A stretch of DNA of 63,578 bases. Origin: an uncultured Flavobacterium sp. GTDB lineage: Bacteria; Bacteroidota; Bacteroidia; Flavobacteriales; Flavobacteriaceae. Below the pieces are notes generated by a model. That model ran no database searches. It saw only the letters and a program-made list of their open reading frames with translations, and was not told the DNA's origin. The position numbers and the translations under genes are program-made. Location of the stretch: the NCBI GenBank assembly GCA_963975235.1, contig CAXBGV010000001.1:1-63578 (forward strand), read 5' to 3'. Below, piece by piece: positions 40,639 through 49,950 of the stretch. The first letter of the stretch is position 1; every line of letters starts with the position of its first letter.

Positions 40639-42215
40639 TAAAATGCTGCTTTTAATTCATCAATACTTTTTATAATATTATTTTCTATTTCTCCTAGCAT
40701 TTCTAAAATAGCTTCAGGCTCATTGTATTTTACTTCTAAATAAATTTCTTCTTTATATGTACTTAAACTCAAATCATAGTCCATTTCTATAATTTCAGAC
40801 TTAGGAACAAAAAAGTGTTTTTGAGTACGGTCTTTTTCTTTTTTATTGTTACGTTTTTTATAAGCTTCTATTACTTTGTGTAAATCTTCAAAGTCACGTT
40901 CTCCATTCTGCTTGTATTTAGGATTTCTCTTATCATCTAAACTCCAACCGTCACCTAACATTTCGTAAAACCAAACATTTTGGGTTTCTCCTCCTTTAGT
41001 GAATAATAGGATGGCTGTAGCTACTCCTGCATAGGGTTTAAATACTCCACTAGGTAAGCTGATTACGGCTTTTAATTCACATGCTTCTAACAGGAGTTTT
41101 CTAATGTCTTTAAATGCTTTACCACTCCCAAACAAAACCCCTTGTGGTATCACTACACCCGCTGTGCCTCCTATACGTAACATTTTATAAATTCTTTCTA
41201 AAAATAATAATTCACTTTTAGTAGTAGAAACTGTAAAAGTTGGATTCAAGTAATCTTTGTCCATACTGCCTGCAAATGGAGGGTTTGCCATCACTATGTC
41301 GTATAGATCATCTTCGTTGTAGTTTTTACTGAGTGTGTCTTTGTAGTCAATCTTAGGTTGAGTAATACCATGCATCATTAGGTTCATTAAACCAATACGT
41401 ATCATAGTAGGATCAATGTCAAAACCGTAAAAAGTTTCTTCATTTAGCAATTTTTTTGAATTTTCATTTACGAACTTATCCCCTAATGTCCCTCTTATAA
41501 AACCATTATCATCCAAATGTTTATAATTATCGCTCGTAAATTGGGTAACCATATATTTGTAAGCTCCTAATAGAAACCCCGCTGTTCCGCTTGCTGGGTC
41601 AGCAATTTTATCTCCTAACTTTGGTTGTACTAATTCCGTTATTAACTCAATAATATGAGTTGGTGTTCTAAACTGTCCATTTTTACCTGAACTACGTAAA
41701 GAATCTAAAAGGTATTCATAGAAATCTCCTTGTGCATCTATGAAACGATTTTCTTTTTTTAATTCGCTATAAATTTCGTCAATTGTTTTAACAGCTTCCG
41801 ATAGCATTCTACCACTTGGAATCAAAAAGGCAGCATTTGCCATATGTTTGGTAAAAAACGAGTTTTCATCGTCAAGCTGTTTAATAAAAGGAAATGCTTT
41901 AGTTTGTATATGGACTAACATTTCATCACTTGGTAATTTTGTAAAGTTACTCCAACGCAAAGTTTCTTTGTCAATAGCATTTTTTTTATCAGTTATATCA
42001 ACTCCAGGAGGAAAGTATTTTCCAGAAAAGATTGATATGTGACTGTCATCAAGTATATCCGCATTATTTACTTTATTTTTATCAGTTTCCTCTAACTGCT
42101 TCATAAACAGTAAATAAGTGATTTGTTCAATCGCATTTAGCGGATTAGAAATTCCTCCACTCCAAAATTTATCCCAAAGGCTGGTAACTTTACTTTTTAT
42201 TGATGGTGTAAGCAT
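40638..42215 (-). CDS. hsdM: Type I m6A methyltransferase subunit
   Basis: 525 aa; GQFRTP, DPASGTAGFL, ANPPF; stop overlaps the hsdS start. Confidence 0.95.
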   Translation of the reverse strand: MLTPSIKSKVTSLWDKFWSGGISNPLNAIEQITYLLFMKQLEETDKNKVNNADILDDSHISIFSGKYFPPGVDITDKKNAIDKETLRWSNFTKLPSDEMLVHIQTKAFPFIKQLDDENSFFTKHMANAAFLIPSGRMLSEAVKTIDEIYSELKKENRFIDAQGDFYEYLLDSLRSSGKNGQFRTPTHIIELITELVQPKLGDKIADPASGTAGFLLGAYKYMVTQFTSDNYKHLDDNGFIRGTLGDKFVNENSKKLLNEETFYGFDIDPTMIRIGLMNLMMHGITQPKIDYKDTLSKNYNEDDLYDIVMANPPFAGSMDKDYLNPTFTVSTTKSELLFLERIYKMLRIGGTAGVVIPQGVLFGSGKAFKDIRKLLLEACELKAVISLPSGVFKPYAGVATAILLFTKGGETQNVWFYEMLGDGWSLDDKRNPKYKQNGERDFEDLHKVIEAYKKRNNKKEKDRTQKHFFVPKSEIIEMDYDLSLSTYKEEIYLEVKYNEPEAILEMLGEIENNIIKSIDELKAAF

Positions 42216-42218
42216 TTT

Positions 42219-42596
42219 TTAATAATCGTTTTTAAAGTTTTTAAAATTTTCGGGATTCAACCAAAACTCAAAGCAATCAGCTATCAGTTGATTTTCCCAT
42301 TTTTTGTTGGCTTTTAAATCTTCCCAATCTTCAGCAAATAGTTCTTCACAAAGTTTATAAAAACCATCTCCTTGTTCTCGTAATCCATTTTGGTGTGTGA
42401 TAAGGCAACTTAATAAGGGGCGTTTATTGTTGAATTCATGAACGGATACCTCACCCAGCCATTCTCCAATTAAATCTCTATCTAAAGGATTTGAAAAGTT
42501 TAGCCCTAATTGCCGTTGATCGTTCAATTGAGAATACGACCATGTTGTCCGCAATCTTGCCAATTCAATTAGTTTAAGCCTTACGTCTTTTATCAT
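42219..42596 (-). CDS. Small winged-helix-like protein leading the second R-M-like operon
   Basis: 125 aa; LIELAR..TWSYSQL...RPLLSCLI..QGDGFY resembles wHTH domains found with restriction nucleases. Confidence 0.6.
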   Translation of the reverse strand: MIKDVRLKLIELARLRTTWSYSQLNDQRQLGLNFSNPLDRDLIGEWLGEVSVHEFNNKRPLLSCLITHQNGLREQGDGFYKLCEELFAEDWEDLKANKKWENQLIADCFEFWLNPENFKNFKNDY

Positions 42597-42805
42597 ATTT
42601 AAGTGAATAGTCGATTAAAAACCTCCAAAGTCCTATATAAATAGTAAAATTCAATAGCATTTGTCTTTTGTAATTTATTCAATTTATTGGGTTTAAGGTT
42701 AAAATAAACTTTTATATTTAATCGTCTAAAATAGCTATTTAATTGTTCTTAGACAAAGTTTGTTTAAGGGGCTATAAATGATTTTTTATCTAATGCAAAG
42801 TAAAG

Positions 42806-43141
42806 GCAAGCGTCTCGCTTGTGCCCCCAATCGAAATCAATTAATCAAATAATCTCAATGATAAGGAATAGTATTCTCTGTTATGATAGTTCTATTTATT
42901 GATCGTAAGAAATACTGGGTAGTTAAAACCCGGGCGAGCTTCGGTCGTTAGAGTTTTTATAGCAAAATTAAGTGTAGAGAAATCTATATATTCTACAAAA
43001 GGGTCTATAAACCGAACTTGATAGTCTGGAAGTATTGCTTTTTCTAAACTTGAAAAAGGCAATTGTTGGTGAGAATTACGGTGATGTGTTGCATTCTTTA
43101 AAATAATAATAATCTTCTTTTTACACGAGTATTTTGTTATA
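42806..43141. repeat. Dispersed repeat, longest copy (REP-like palindrome plus degenerate ORF); partial copies at 45085-45196, 47861-47959 and 48674-48968
   Basis: Shared GCAAGCGTCTCGCTT(G/A)TGCCC.CAATC, TCTATAAAC..TGATAGTCT, TTTTCTAAACTTGAAAA, AATCTTCTTTTTACACGAGT. Confidence 0.8.
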
Positions 43142-43235
43142 TTTGATTGAGAATCTAACGGAATTTTTTTCACAGACTGACGTTGTAGGCAATGCTAACT
43201 CAGATCATTCAAAACATTTTTTACATTAAACCAAA

Positions 43236-44135
43236 ATGAACATTAGCTTTTTTTCTAACTTATTTCTTTGGTTATTATTAATAACTTTACCAGAAATTGT
43301 ATTTTGTCAATCGGCTGACTTTACCATTCAAGATGTAAAGTTTGAAAGTCAGGGCGTCACTCTTGCAGGCTCAATTTTAACGCCTAAAAAAACAATTGCA
43401 GCAGTTGTAATTGTTCATGGGTCTGATCCTGTAAAAAGAGAAATGGAGTTCGCTAAACGTCTTGCGAAAGAAGGTATTGCCGTATTGACATATGATAAAC
43501 GTGGAGTTGGAGAATCAGGCGGTGTATATGTAGGACCATCTGTTGGCACGAATAACATTGACACTACTAATCTTGATTTATTATCTCACGATGCAAGTGC
43601 AGCAGTAAATACATTTCGAACCTATTTGAAGGATAAAAAAACACCAATTGGATTAGTTGGCTTCAGCCAAGCAGGATGGATAATCCCAATTGCTGCAAGC
43701 AAAAATCCACAAATAGAATTTATGGTTTTATTTAGTTGCCCTACAATTACAACTCTAGAACAACTTCGATTTCAGTTTTATACTAACGGCAACAATAATT
43801 TTTGGGAAAATCATACAGAAGCAGATGCTCGTGAACATACTAAAAATGACCCAGACAGGTATCAATTCGTGGCGACTGACCCAAAAAATTCTCTGAATAC
43901 TCTTTCAATTCCGGGACTTTGGCTTTTTGGTGAGAAAGATATACAGATTCCAGTAAAGTTGTGTATGGAGCAATTAAATACATTGAAAGCTCAAGGTAAA
44001 CCTTTCGAATATACTTTGTTTTCTAAATTAGGACACAATACTTCTTCCGGCGATATTACAGAAACTGTTGCTATTTCAATTCAATGGATAAAACAGAAAA
44101 CTTTTAATAGTAAGAAGTCTAAATTATCAAAATAA
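43236..44135 (+). CDS. Exported alpha/beta hydrolase
   Basis: 299 aa; signal peptide, VHGS, YDKRGVGES, GFSQAG, GEKD, LGH. Confidence 0.9.
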   Translation: MNISFFSNLFLWLLLITLPEIVFCQSADFTIQDVKFESQGVTLAGSILTPKKTIAAVVIVHGSDPVKREMEFAKRLAKEGIAVLTYDKRGVGESGGVYVGPSVGTNNIDTTNLDLLSHDASAAVNTFRTYLKDKKTPIGLVGFSQAGWIIPIAASKNPQIEFMVLFSCPTITTLEQLRFQFYTNGNNNFWENHTEADAREHTKNDPDRYQFVATDPKNSLNTLSIPGLWLFGEKDIQIPVKLCMEQLNTLKAQGKPFEYTLFSKLGHNTSSGDITETVAISIQWIKQKTFNSKKSKLSK

Positions 44136-44137
44136 AG

Positions 44138-44297
44138 CACTGCCTAAAACAGCTAAGGCTTCGTTTGGCTTGAAAAGCTAACAATGAAGCCTGCGTTGAA
44201 CAGAAACTAGAGGCAGTTTAATTTCTGTATATTTACTTCCTAATTAATAAAATAAAGATCGTTTTAAGTTTTTTAGACGAATTGACGTTAGTGGCAA
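44138..44297 (+). repeat. attC-like cassette boundary element, copy 1
   Basis: Begins CACTGCCTAAAAC 2 bp after the stop; hairpin AGGCTTC..GGCTT-GAA-AAGCT..GAAGCCT; ends GTTAGTGGCAA. Confidence 0.65.
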
Positions 44298-44377
44298 TTT
44301 TAGAAAAATCACGGTAGCAACTACTTGGATAATTATAATTTATGTAGCTTTACACTGATTAACAAATAGATAGTGTA

Positions 44378-45073
44378 ATGGAGAAAATTGGAATTAGCAA
44401 AATTGTTGAATTTATACGTCTTAAAGATGGTCCTAGACAGACTTTTATAAATAATCTTAAAAAACCTAAACCACCAAAAAAAATAAAAACAGAAGAATCA
44501 TCTGATGGAGGGGATTATTGGTCTACATCTATATGGGCCATTAGTAATGCTTACAAGAACAATAAACCTATATTAATCAAGGATAAAATTGCAGATTTGT
44601 TTGAAAGGCATGGTAAAGCAACCGCCAAAACATCAAAGGATATGTATTTACAAAACATTCAAATCCTACACAATGTTGAAGATTATGATTTGAAAGTGTT
44701 TAAGCCTCAATTCGATCTACAGTACCTTTCAAAACCAAAAGAAAAATCTATTTTCAAAATTAAAGATATTCCTGTTCAAGTATTACCTCAATATGTATTC
44801 ACTTTTAAAGAAAATGATATTTCAAAAATTGGCGCAATTTGGTTTATTGCAAAAATAAAAGGTTACAGCATAGAGGAAATTGGTCTTTTCGCAGATGCAT
44901 TATATAGATATTTAAATCTCAACTACTCCAAAGATTTTGAAATTAATTCCAATTATTGCGTAGCATTTGATGTTAGTAGCCTACAAGAAGTTCGATATAG
45001 CACAGTCGAAAATAATTCTATAGTAACTCTGTTGGATTCTGTGATGGACATTTTGAAGCCTTTTTTAAAATGA
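44378..45073 (+). CDS. Hypothetical protein (cassette-borne)
   Basis: 231 aa ATG ORF following an attC-like element. Confidence 0.75.
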   Translation: MEKIGISKIVEFIRLKDGPRQTFINNLKKPKPPKKIKTEESSDGGDYWSTSIWAISNAYKNNKPILIKDKIADLFERHGKATAKTSKDMYLQNIQILHNVEDYDLKVFKPQFDLQYLSKPKEKSIFKIKDIPVQVLPQYVFTFKENDISKIGAIWFIAKIKGYSIEEIGLFADALYRYLNLNYSKDFEINSNYCVAFDVSSLQEVRYSTVENNSIVTLLDSVMDILKPFLK

Positions 45074-45467
45074 AGCCTTCCCTAGCAAGTGTATCGATTG
45101 TGCCCACAATCTATCAATTAATAAAATAATTTCAATGATACGGTATTGTGTTTTCTATTATGATAGTCGTGTTTATTGATCTAAAGAAATACTGGGGAAA
45201 AAGATGCTGCTGAGGTGTTTTTTTTTATGAGTTTCGTTTTTTTGAAAGCCTGTTACAAATTAAAATTATTTACAGAATACTTTTACTTTCTACAATATCA
45301 CTAAAAGTGGGTATTGTAAGAGTAGTAAAAAAAAAACTTTATTTACGAATGAGAATATTTAGCATGAGCTGTGGTAAAACTTTATAAAAGCGTTACTTGT
45401 TGATGTTAAATACTAGTTAGCGGTAATTTTAGAAAGATGACCAATAAACCAATTAAAAACAAATGAT

Positions 45468-46562
45468 ATGACTACAATTTCAAAATTTATTATAATGACA
45501 GTTCTGACAATATCAAGCAGTAGTATTGCTTTTGGACAGTCAAAAAAAGAACTTAGAAAACAAATTGACGATTTAAAAAGTCAAATTACTCAAGCAGAAA
45601 AAGAAAAAGAAACTGTTAAAGCTCGACTTAATAGAATTTCAGACATTAAAGTAGATGAAGTAATCACTTCTGACAAACTACCTAAGGATATTATTATCGG
45701 TGAAGGTGGTTGGAGAATAGAATTAAATGCTTTTAAATACAAAAGTGACTTAATTGGTCAATTAGGTACAATTTGGGTTGTTGATAGCGATGGACTATTA
45801 CAACCACAAGGTGCCATAATTTTATCCGACTATAAAATAGACCCAACATTGACAAACCGTGATAAGGATGTTATTTATAAAAGTTTTGTTTCAAGTGGTT
45901 CAAAACTAGAAGGTGATGGTGGAGTACCATTTGCGAAGTTAGCCGCTTCGATACAATCGAATCAGTATTCAAGGTTTACAATTAATATAGAAGGAACTTC
46001 ATCAATTAAAATACAAATACCTGACTTGCAAAAAATTGCGACTTTAGCAAACCAATTATTTGATGTAAATAAAAATAAGGGAGTATATATATGTACAGGT
46101 ATGCACGTGATTAAATATCATTCAGCTAAATATTCAAAAAGTGATGGCAATGCAAAAATCACTTCCCCAGTAGTAAACATTGGTGGCGAATTTTATGCTG
46201 AATCAAGTGAAGAGAATACTGAATACTTTGTTGCACGTCAACTAACCCAATTAAATAAACCTGTAAATAAAACTCCTGCGATTGTAAACAGTGAACTAAA
46301 TACATTGCTTAATACTTCGTCTGAAACTAATATTATTAATCAATCAAAAAAATATTCACCAGAACAAATTTTGACATTCATACTTAAAAGAGAACCAACA
46401 TTTGAAGAAATTGTTGAATTTCAGAATAACCCTGATAAGTTTATCAAGGACGTTCCAAAAACTTTTGAATTTAATAATAAAGAAAAACTTTTGATTGATA
46501 ATGCCAAATTGAAACTAAACGAATTGCCAAAAGAAATTAAATCAATTGACAATTTTAAATAA
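45468..46562 (+). CDS. Hypothetical exported protein (signal peptide, coiled coil, beta-rich core)
   Basis: 364 aa; flanked by GTTAGCGGTA (45416) and TACCGCTAAC (46567). Confidence 0.75.
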   Translation: MTTISKFIIMTVLTISSSSIAFGQSKKELRKQIDDLKSQITQAEKEKETVKARLNRISDIKVDEVITSDKLPKDIIIGEGGWRIELNAFKYKSDLIGQLGTIWVVDSDGLLQPQGAIILSDYKIDPTLTNRDKDVIYKSFVSSGSKLEGDGGVPFAKLAASIQSNQYSRFTINIEGTSSIKIQIPDLQKIATLANQLFDVNKNKGVYICTGMHVIKYHSAKYSKSDGNAKITSPVVNIGGEFYAESSEENTEYFVARQLTQLNKPVNKTPAIVNSELNTLLNTSSETNIINQSKKYSPEQILTFILKREPTFEEIVEFQNNPDKFIKDVPKTFEFNNKEKLLIDNAKLKLNELPKEIKSIDNFK

Positions 46563-46565
46563 AAA

Positions 46566-46749
46566 CTACCGCTAACAGCTAAGGGTTCGTTGGGCTTGAA
46601 AAGCCAACAATGAACCCGCGGTTGAACGGAACCTGTGATAGTTTAAAAAAGATAAATAATTATAGTTTAATGTAGTATATTTATTTTCTAAATAACAAAA
46701 AACAACGCAGTTTGAAGGTTATTAGGCATACTGGCGTTAGCGGTAGTAC
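46566..46749 (+). repeat. attC-like cassette boundary element, copy 2
   Basis: CTACCGCTAAC ... GGGTTC..GGCTT-GAA-AAGCC..GAACCC ... GTTAGCGGTAG; homologous to 44138-44297. Confidence 0.7.
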
Positions 46750-46799
46750 TCCAGAAAAATGTAAAAGGACAGTTATTTTGATTGATTCCCCTTAAACGT

Positions 46800-47036
46800 C
46801 TAACAATTTTCCTCTATCCATTTATATAAATAATCGATAGTTAATCCCATACTAAAAAGATTAGTTCTTAAATGCAATGCTGGAATATCTTTATCTTTTT
46901 CACGATGAGTTATTGTCCGAATACAATTTGGACATTTATAATGATCGTGTGAGGCTTTTGTTCGAAGATATTTACAGTTGTGTGCTTTTAGAAACGAAAC
47001 CCAATCTTTCGTTTTTACTGGTCTATTATTTCCCAT
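46800..47036 (-). CDS. hicA: HicA-family toxin
   Basis: 78 aa basic protein; KDWVSFLKAHNCKYLRTKASHDHYK matches the HicA pattern (L..G...R.KGSH). Confidence 0.7.
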   Translation of the reverse strand: MGNNRPVKTKDWVSFLKAHNCKYLRTKASHDHYKCPNCIRTITHREKDKDIPALHLRTNLFSMGLTIDYLYKWIEENC

Positions 47037-47045
47037 TTATAAAAA

Positions 47046-47438
47046 TTAGCAAGCTACTTTATATTGCTTATTTTTTCTAATGGTAATATTTTCTAATCCT
47101 TGTAACAATCCATTTTCGTCAACAAATAATTTAGAAAAATTCTTTCTATGATAAGGAACTTGTGAAAATCCAAGTTTAACTAATTCTAATTTTCTTTGTT
47201 CTGCTCCCAATTTCATAAAATCTTCACAAAAAGTTTCAACATTTTCATCTAAAGAATTAATTGCTTCTTCTTCTGTAGAACCATATCCACTAATCATTAA
47301 AGAAGGAATAATAGATATAAAATGATCTCCATCTTTGCCACTAACTACAGTAGCTTCCAGAGTTAAATCGCCTCCTTTAATTCGTATAGTATCTTCTTGA
47401 GGTTGAATTTCAAGAGGAGTTTTTGTTAATTTAGCCAT
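47046..47438 (-). CDS. hicB: HicB-like antitoxin
   Basis: 130 aa; IIPSLMISGYGSTEEEAINSLDENV HicB motif; directly upstream of hicA. Confidence 0.7.
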   Translation of the reverse strand: MAKLTKTPLEIQPQEDTIRIKGGDLTLEATVVSGKDGDHFISIIPSLMISGYGSTEEEAINSLDENVETFCEDFMKLGAEQRKLELVKLGFSQVPYHRKNFSKLFVDENGLLQGLENITIRKNKQYKVAC

Positions 47439-48066
47439 AACATTGAAGTTTTATATATATAAATATATATGGCAAATATATGGAAAAAAAGAAACTTAAA
47501 ATTATTTTTAAAGGAAACTTAACTTTTGATTAAGTACACCGCTAAAGATGTATCAAACTAGGCAAAAAAAAACTTAAAAGCCAGTCAATCATGAATGTTG
47601 AGAGGATTTTTTCGGTTAGTTGGTATTGACTAAGACCTGCTAATTGGTTTGCGCTACTATAGGGGAATTAGTAGCTTTTAGGTTTTCTTTTGACCTTTTT
47701 GTTAGGCAATCAAAAGTAATAAGGCCATCTTTTCTATTTTTGAGACAGAGCTTACCTTACCCACAAATGGATTTTTTTTATTTTAAAAATGTTTTGGAAC
47801 CACTCGCTGTTTTTGCGGTTCCTATCCAAAAGGGGAAGACGAAAATTAGGGCTTATGTCTTCTAAACTTTTAAAGCGCATTTGTAGGCGGGAAATTCCAG
47901 TTATGTGTTGCATTCTTGAAAATAAGAATAATCTTCTTTTTACACGAGTCTTTTGTTATGTTTTACAGGCGTAGCACGCTAGAAGGAGGAGTAATTAGTC
48001 CATTACTGGCAAATCTATTTCTTCACCTGGTATTCCTAAGTATAAATAGCATTTCAAAATAAAAAT

Positions 48067-48132
48067 ATTGCACAAATAAATCCTTACATTCATTTTAACG
48101 GAAATGCAGAAGAAGTAATTACATTTATATAA
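48067..48132 (+). pseudogene. N-terminal remnant of a VOC/PhnB-family gene
   Basis: Translates to IAQINPYIHFNGNAEEVITFI*, matching the (M)AQINPY..FNGNAEEA N-terminus. Confidence 0.55.
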
Positions 48133-48201
48133 TCCTTCCTGCTTAAATTTAGAATAAATGTTTAAATTTAAATTTTAAAAAAGTTTTAAACGAGAAAAAT
48201 C

Positions 48202-48660
48202 ATGAATAAAATCGCTAAATATAGAGAACAACTATTGTGCTTTTTAGAAAATGAGGAAGAACCTGATGTCATATGGGATTGGGTTGAAAAACAACCCGTT
48301 CTTGATCAACCAGATATTTTTAGAGAACTTAAAACTATTTTTAAAGAAAAAAATATACAAACAGACACTAATTATAGCTACGAAATAAATGACAACTTCG
48401 ACGTTTTTATCGAAAAATTTGAAGATTCTATTCTTGATGATAAACTTGCCGAAAACCTATTTATTACTGAAATACAAAGAGTTTTGAGTGATACTACAAA
48501 AGTAAAGGAGTTTTTAACTTTCACTAGGAAAGCCTTAATTAATAGTATACTTACAAACGATGATAATAATGAAAACATATGGATTTTAGTCCATCAAACA
48601 ATAAAGGCAGAAAAAGAATCGGGCGTGTACGATCCTGACAATTGGAGTGCTATTATGTGA
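48202..48660 (+). CDS. Hypothetical acidic protein
   Basis: 152 aa ATG ORF followed by a REP-like repeat copy. Confidence 0.7.
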   Translation: MNKIAKYREQLLCFLENEEEPDVIWDWVEKQPVLDQPDIFRELKTIFKEKNIQTDTNYSYEINDNFDVFIEKFEDSILDDKLAENLFITEIQRVLSDTTKVKEFLTFTRKALINSILTNDDNNENIWILVHQTIKAEKESGVYDPDNWSAIM

Positions 48661-49180
48661 TCGAAAATCCCCTGCTGGCGCAAGCGTCTCGCTTATGCCC
48701 ACAATCTAAATCAATTAATAAAATTAGCTGATGGTACGGAATTGTATTGTTTGTTGTTATAGTCTTATTAATAGATTTTTAGAGATATATTACTTTTTGA
48801 TCTAGCAACCTTCTTTTTTTGAGTAACTGAACTGAAAAACACCAGTTATCAAATCTATATATTTTATAAAAGCGTCTATAAACGGCATTTGATAGTCTTT
48901 ATGTATTACTTTTTTCTAAACTTGAAAAGCGCATTTGTTAACGGGAAATTCCAGTGATGTATTGTATTCAGTTTTCCATCACAATAGAACATAAGTTGCC
49001 TTAGCTGTAAAATTAACTATCACAGTCCCGATATCGGGAGAGTTTAGGCTAACGCCAAAATGCTAAGCAGCTAGGCTTTGTATTTCTACTATCAATTTTT
49101 ATTGTTTGATTTAGTTATTTGTATTACTTTTAAGACGAACTCTTTTTTACAGAAAAGATATAATCGAAAGTTATATCAGC

Positions 49181-49250
49181 TATATTTACCTTTTAAAGAA
49201 TAAAAAGCAACTCAAATTTAAGGTCTTTAGACATACTAATCTTGTACAAC
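49181..49250 (+). repeat. Degenerate right half of the attC-like element
   Basis: TATATTTAC..TAAA.AA..AAAA.CAAC.CA.TTT.AGGT..TTAG.CATACT aligns with 46676-46740 and 44228-44290. Confidence 0.5.
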
Positions 49251-49315
49251 ATATAACGGCATAGACCTGTAAGCATTGACATTAATAAATCCCGAAAAAG
49301 AACAGCTGACAAATT

Positions 49316-49882
49316 ATGATTAAGAACTATTTAAAATCGTATAACATTTTAACAGATGATGAGATTGAATTATTTATTCAAAAATCAACAAATAGATATT
49401 TAAATAAGCAAGATTATTTTATTAAAGAAGGCGAAACTTGCAAAGAAGTAGCCTTTGTTTTAAGTGGTATTTTTCGTTCTTTTTATATTTCAGATAAAGT
49501 AGAGGAAATAACATATTGTATTACTTTTCCAAATAACTTAATGACTGCGTATTCGTCATTTATAACAGGACAAAACACGGTTGAAAACATTCAAGCAATT
49601 ACAGATGTTGAATTGTTGATAATTCCAAAAAGTACAATTGATGATTTAGTAAAAGAAAATGCAAATTGGATAAAATTTCTAAAAATAGTTGCTGAACAAC
49701 AATACATTGAGCTTGAAAAACGAATATTTCAATTGCAAAAAAATAGTGCATTGCAACGTTATAGAGATTTGATTACAAATCAACCTGAATATATTCAGCA
49801 CATTCCTTTACAGTATTTAGCTTCCTACTTGGGGATTACACAAAGGCATTTAAGTCGAATAAGAAAAGAAATTTCGTTTTAG
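49316..49882 (+). CDS. Crp/Fnr family transcriptional regulator
   Basis: 188 aa; cNMP-binding fold, YLASYLGITQRHLSRIRK HTH. Confidence 0.92.
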   Translation: MIKNYLKSYNILTDDEIELFIQKSTNRYLNKQDYFIKEGETCKEVAFVLSGIFRSFYISDKVEEITYCITFPNNLMTAYSSFITGQNTVENIQAITDVELLIIPKSTIDDLVKENANWIKFLKIVAEQQYIELEKRIFQLQKNSALQRYRDLITNQPEYIQHIPLQYLASYLGITQRHLSRIRKEISF

Positions 49883-49950
49883 ACATTTGTCCTGTATTGC
49901 TTATTTTTTGCCATTTATATTTGCCTATCTTAAAACTAAATTCAAAGTAG

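Noticed and set aside
42892-43173. 93-aa minus-strand ORF as a real gene
   Set aside because: It lies within the degenerate dispersed repeat, whose other copies are truncated or out of frame; likely a relic.
47644-47974. Two short plus-strand ORFs (73 and 61 aa)
   Set aside because: No recognisable motifs, and they overlap a degenerate repeat copy.
43182-49250. Complete integron with intI and attI
   Set aside because: No tyrosine recombinase ORF anywhere in the window; only cassette-like boundaries are supported.
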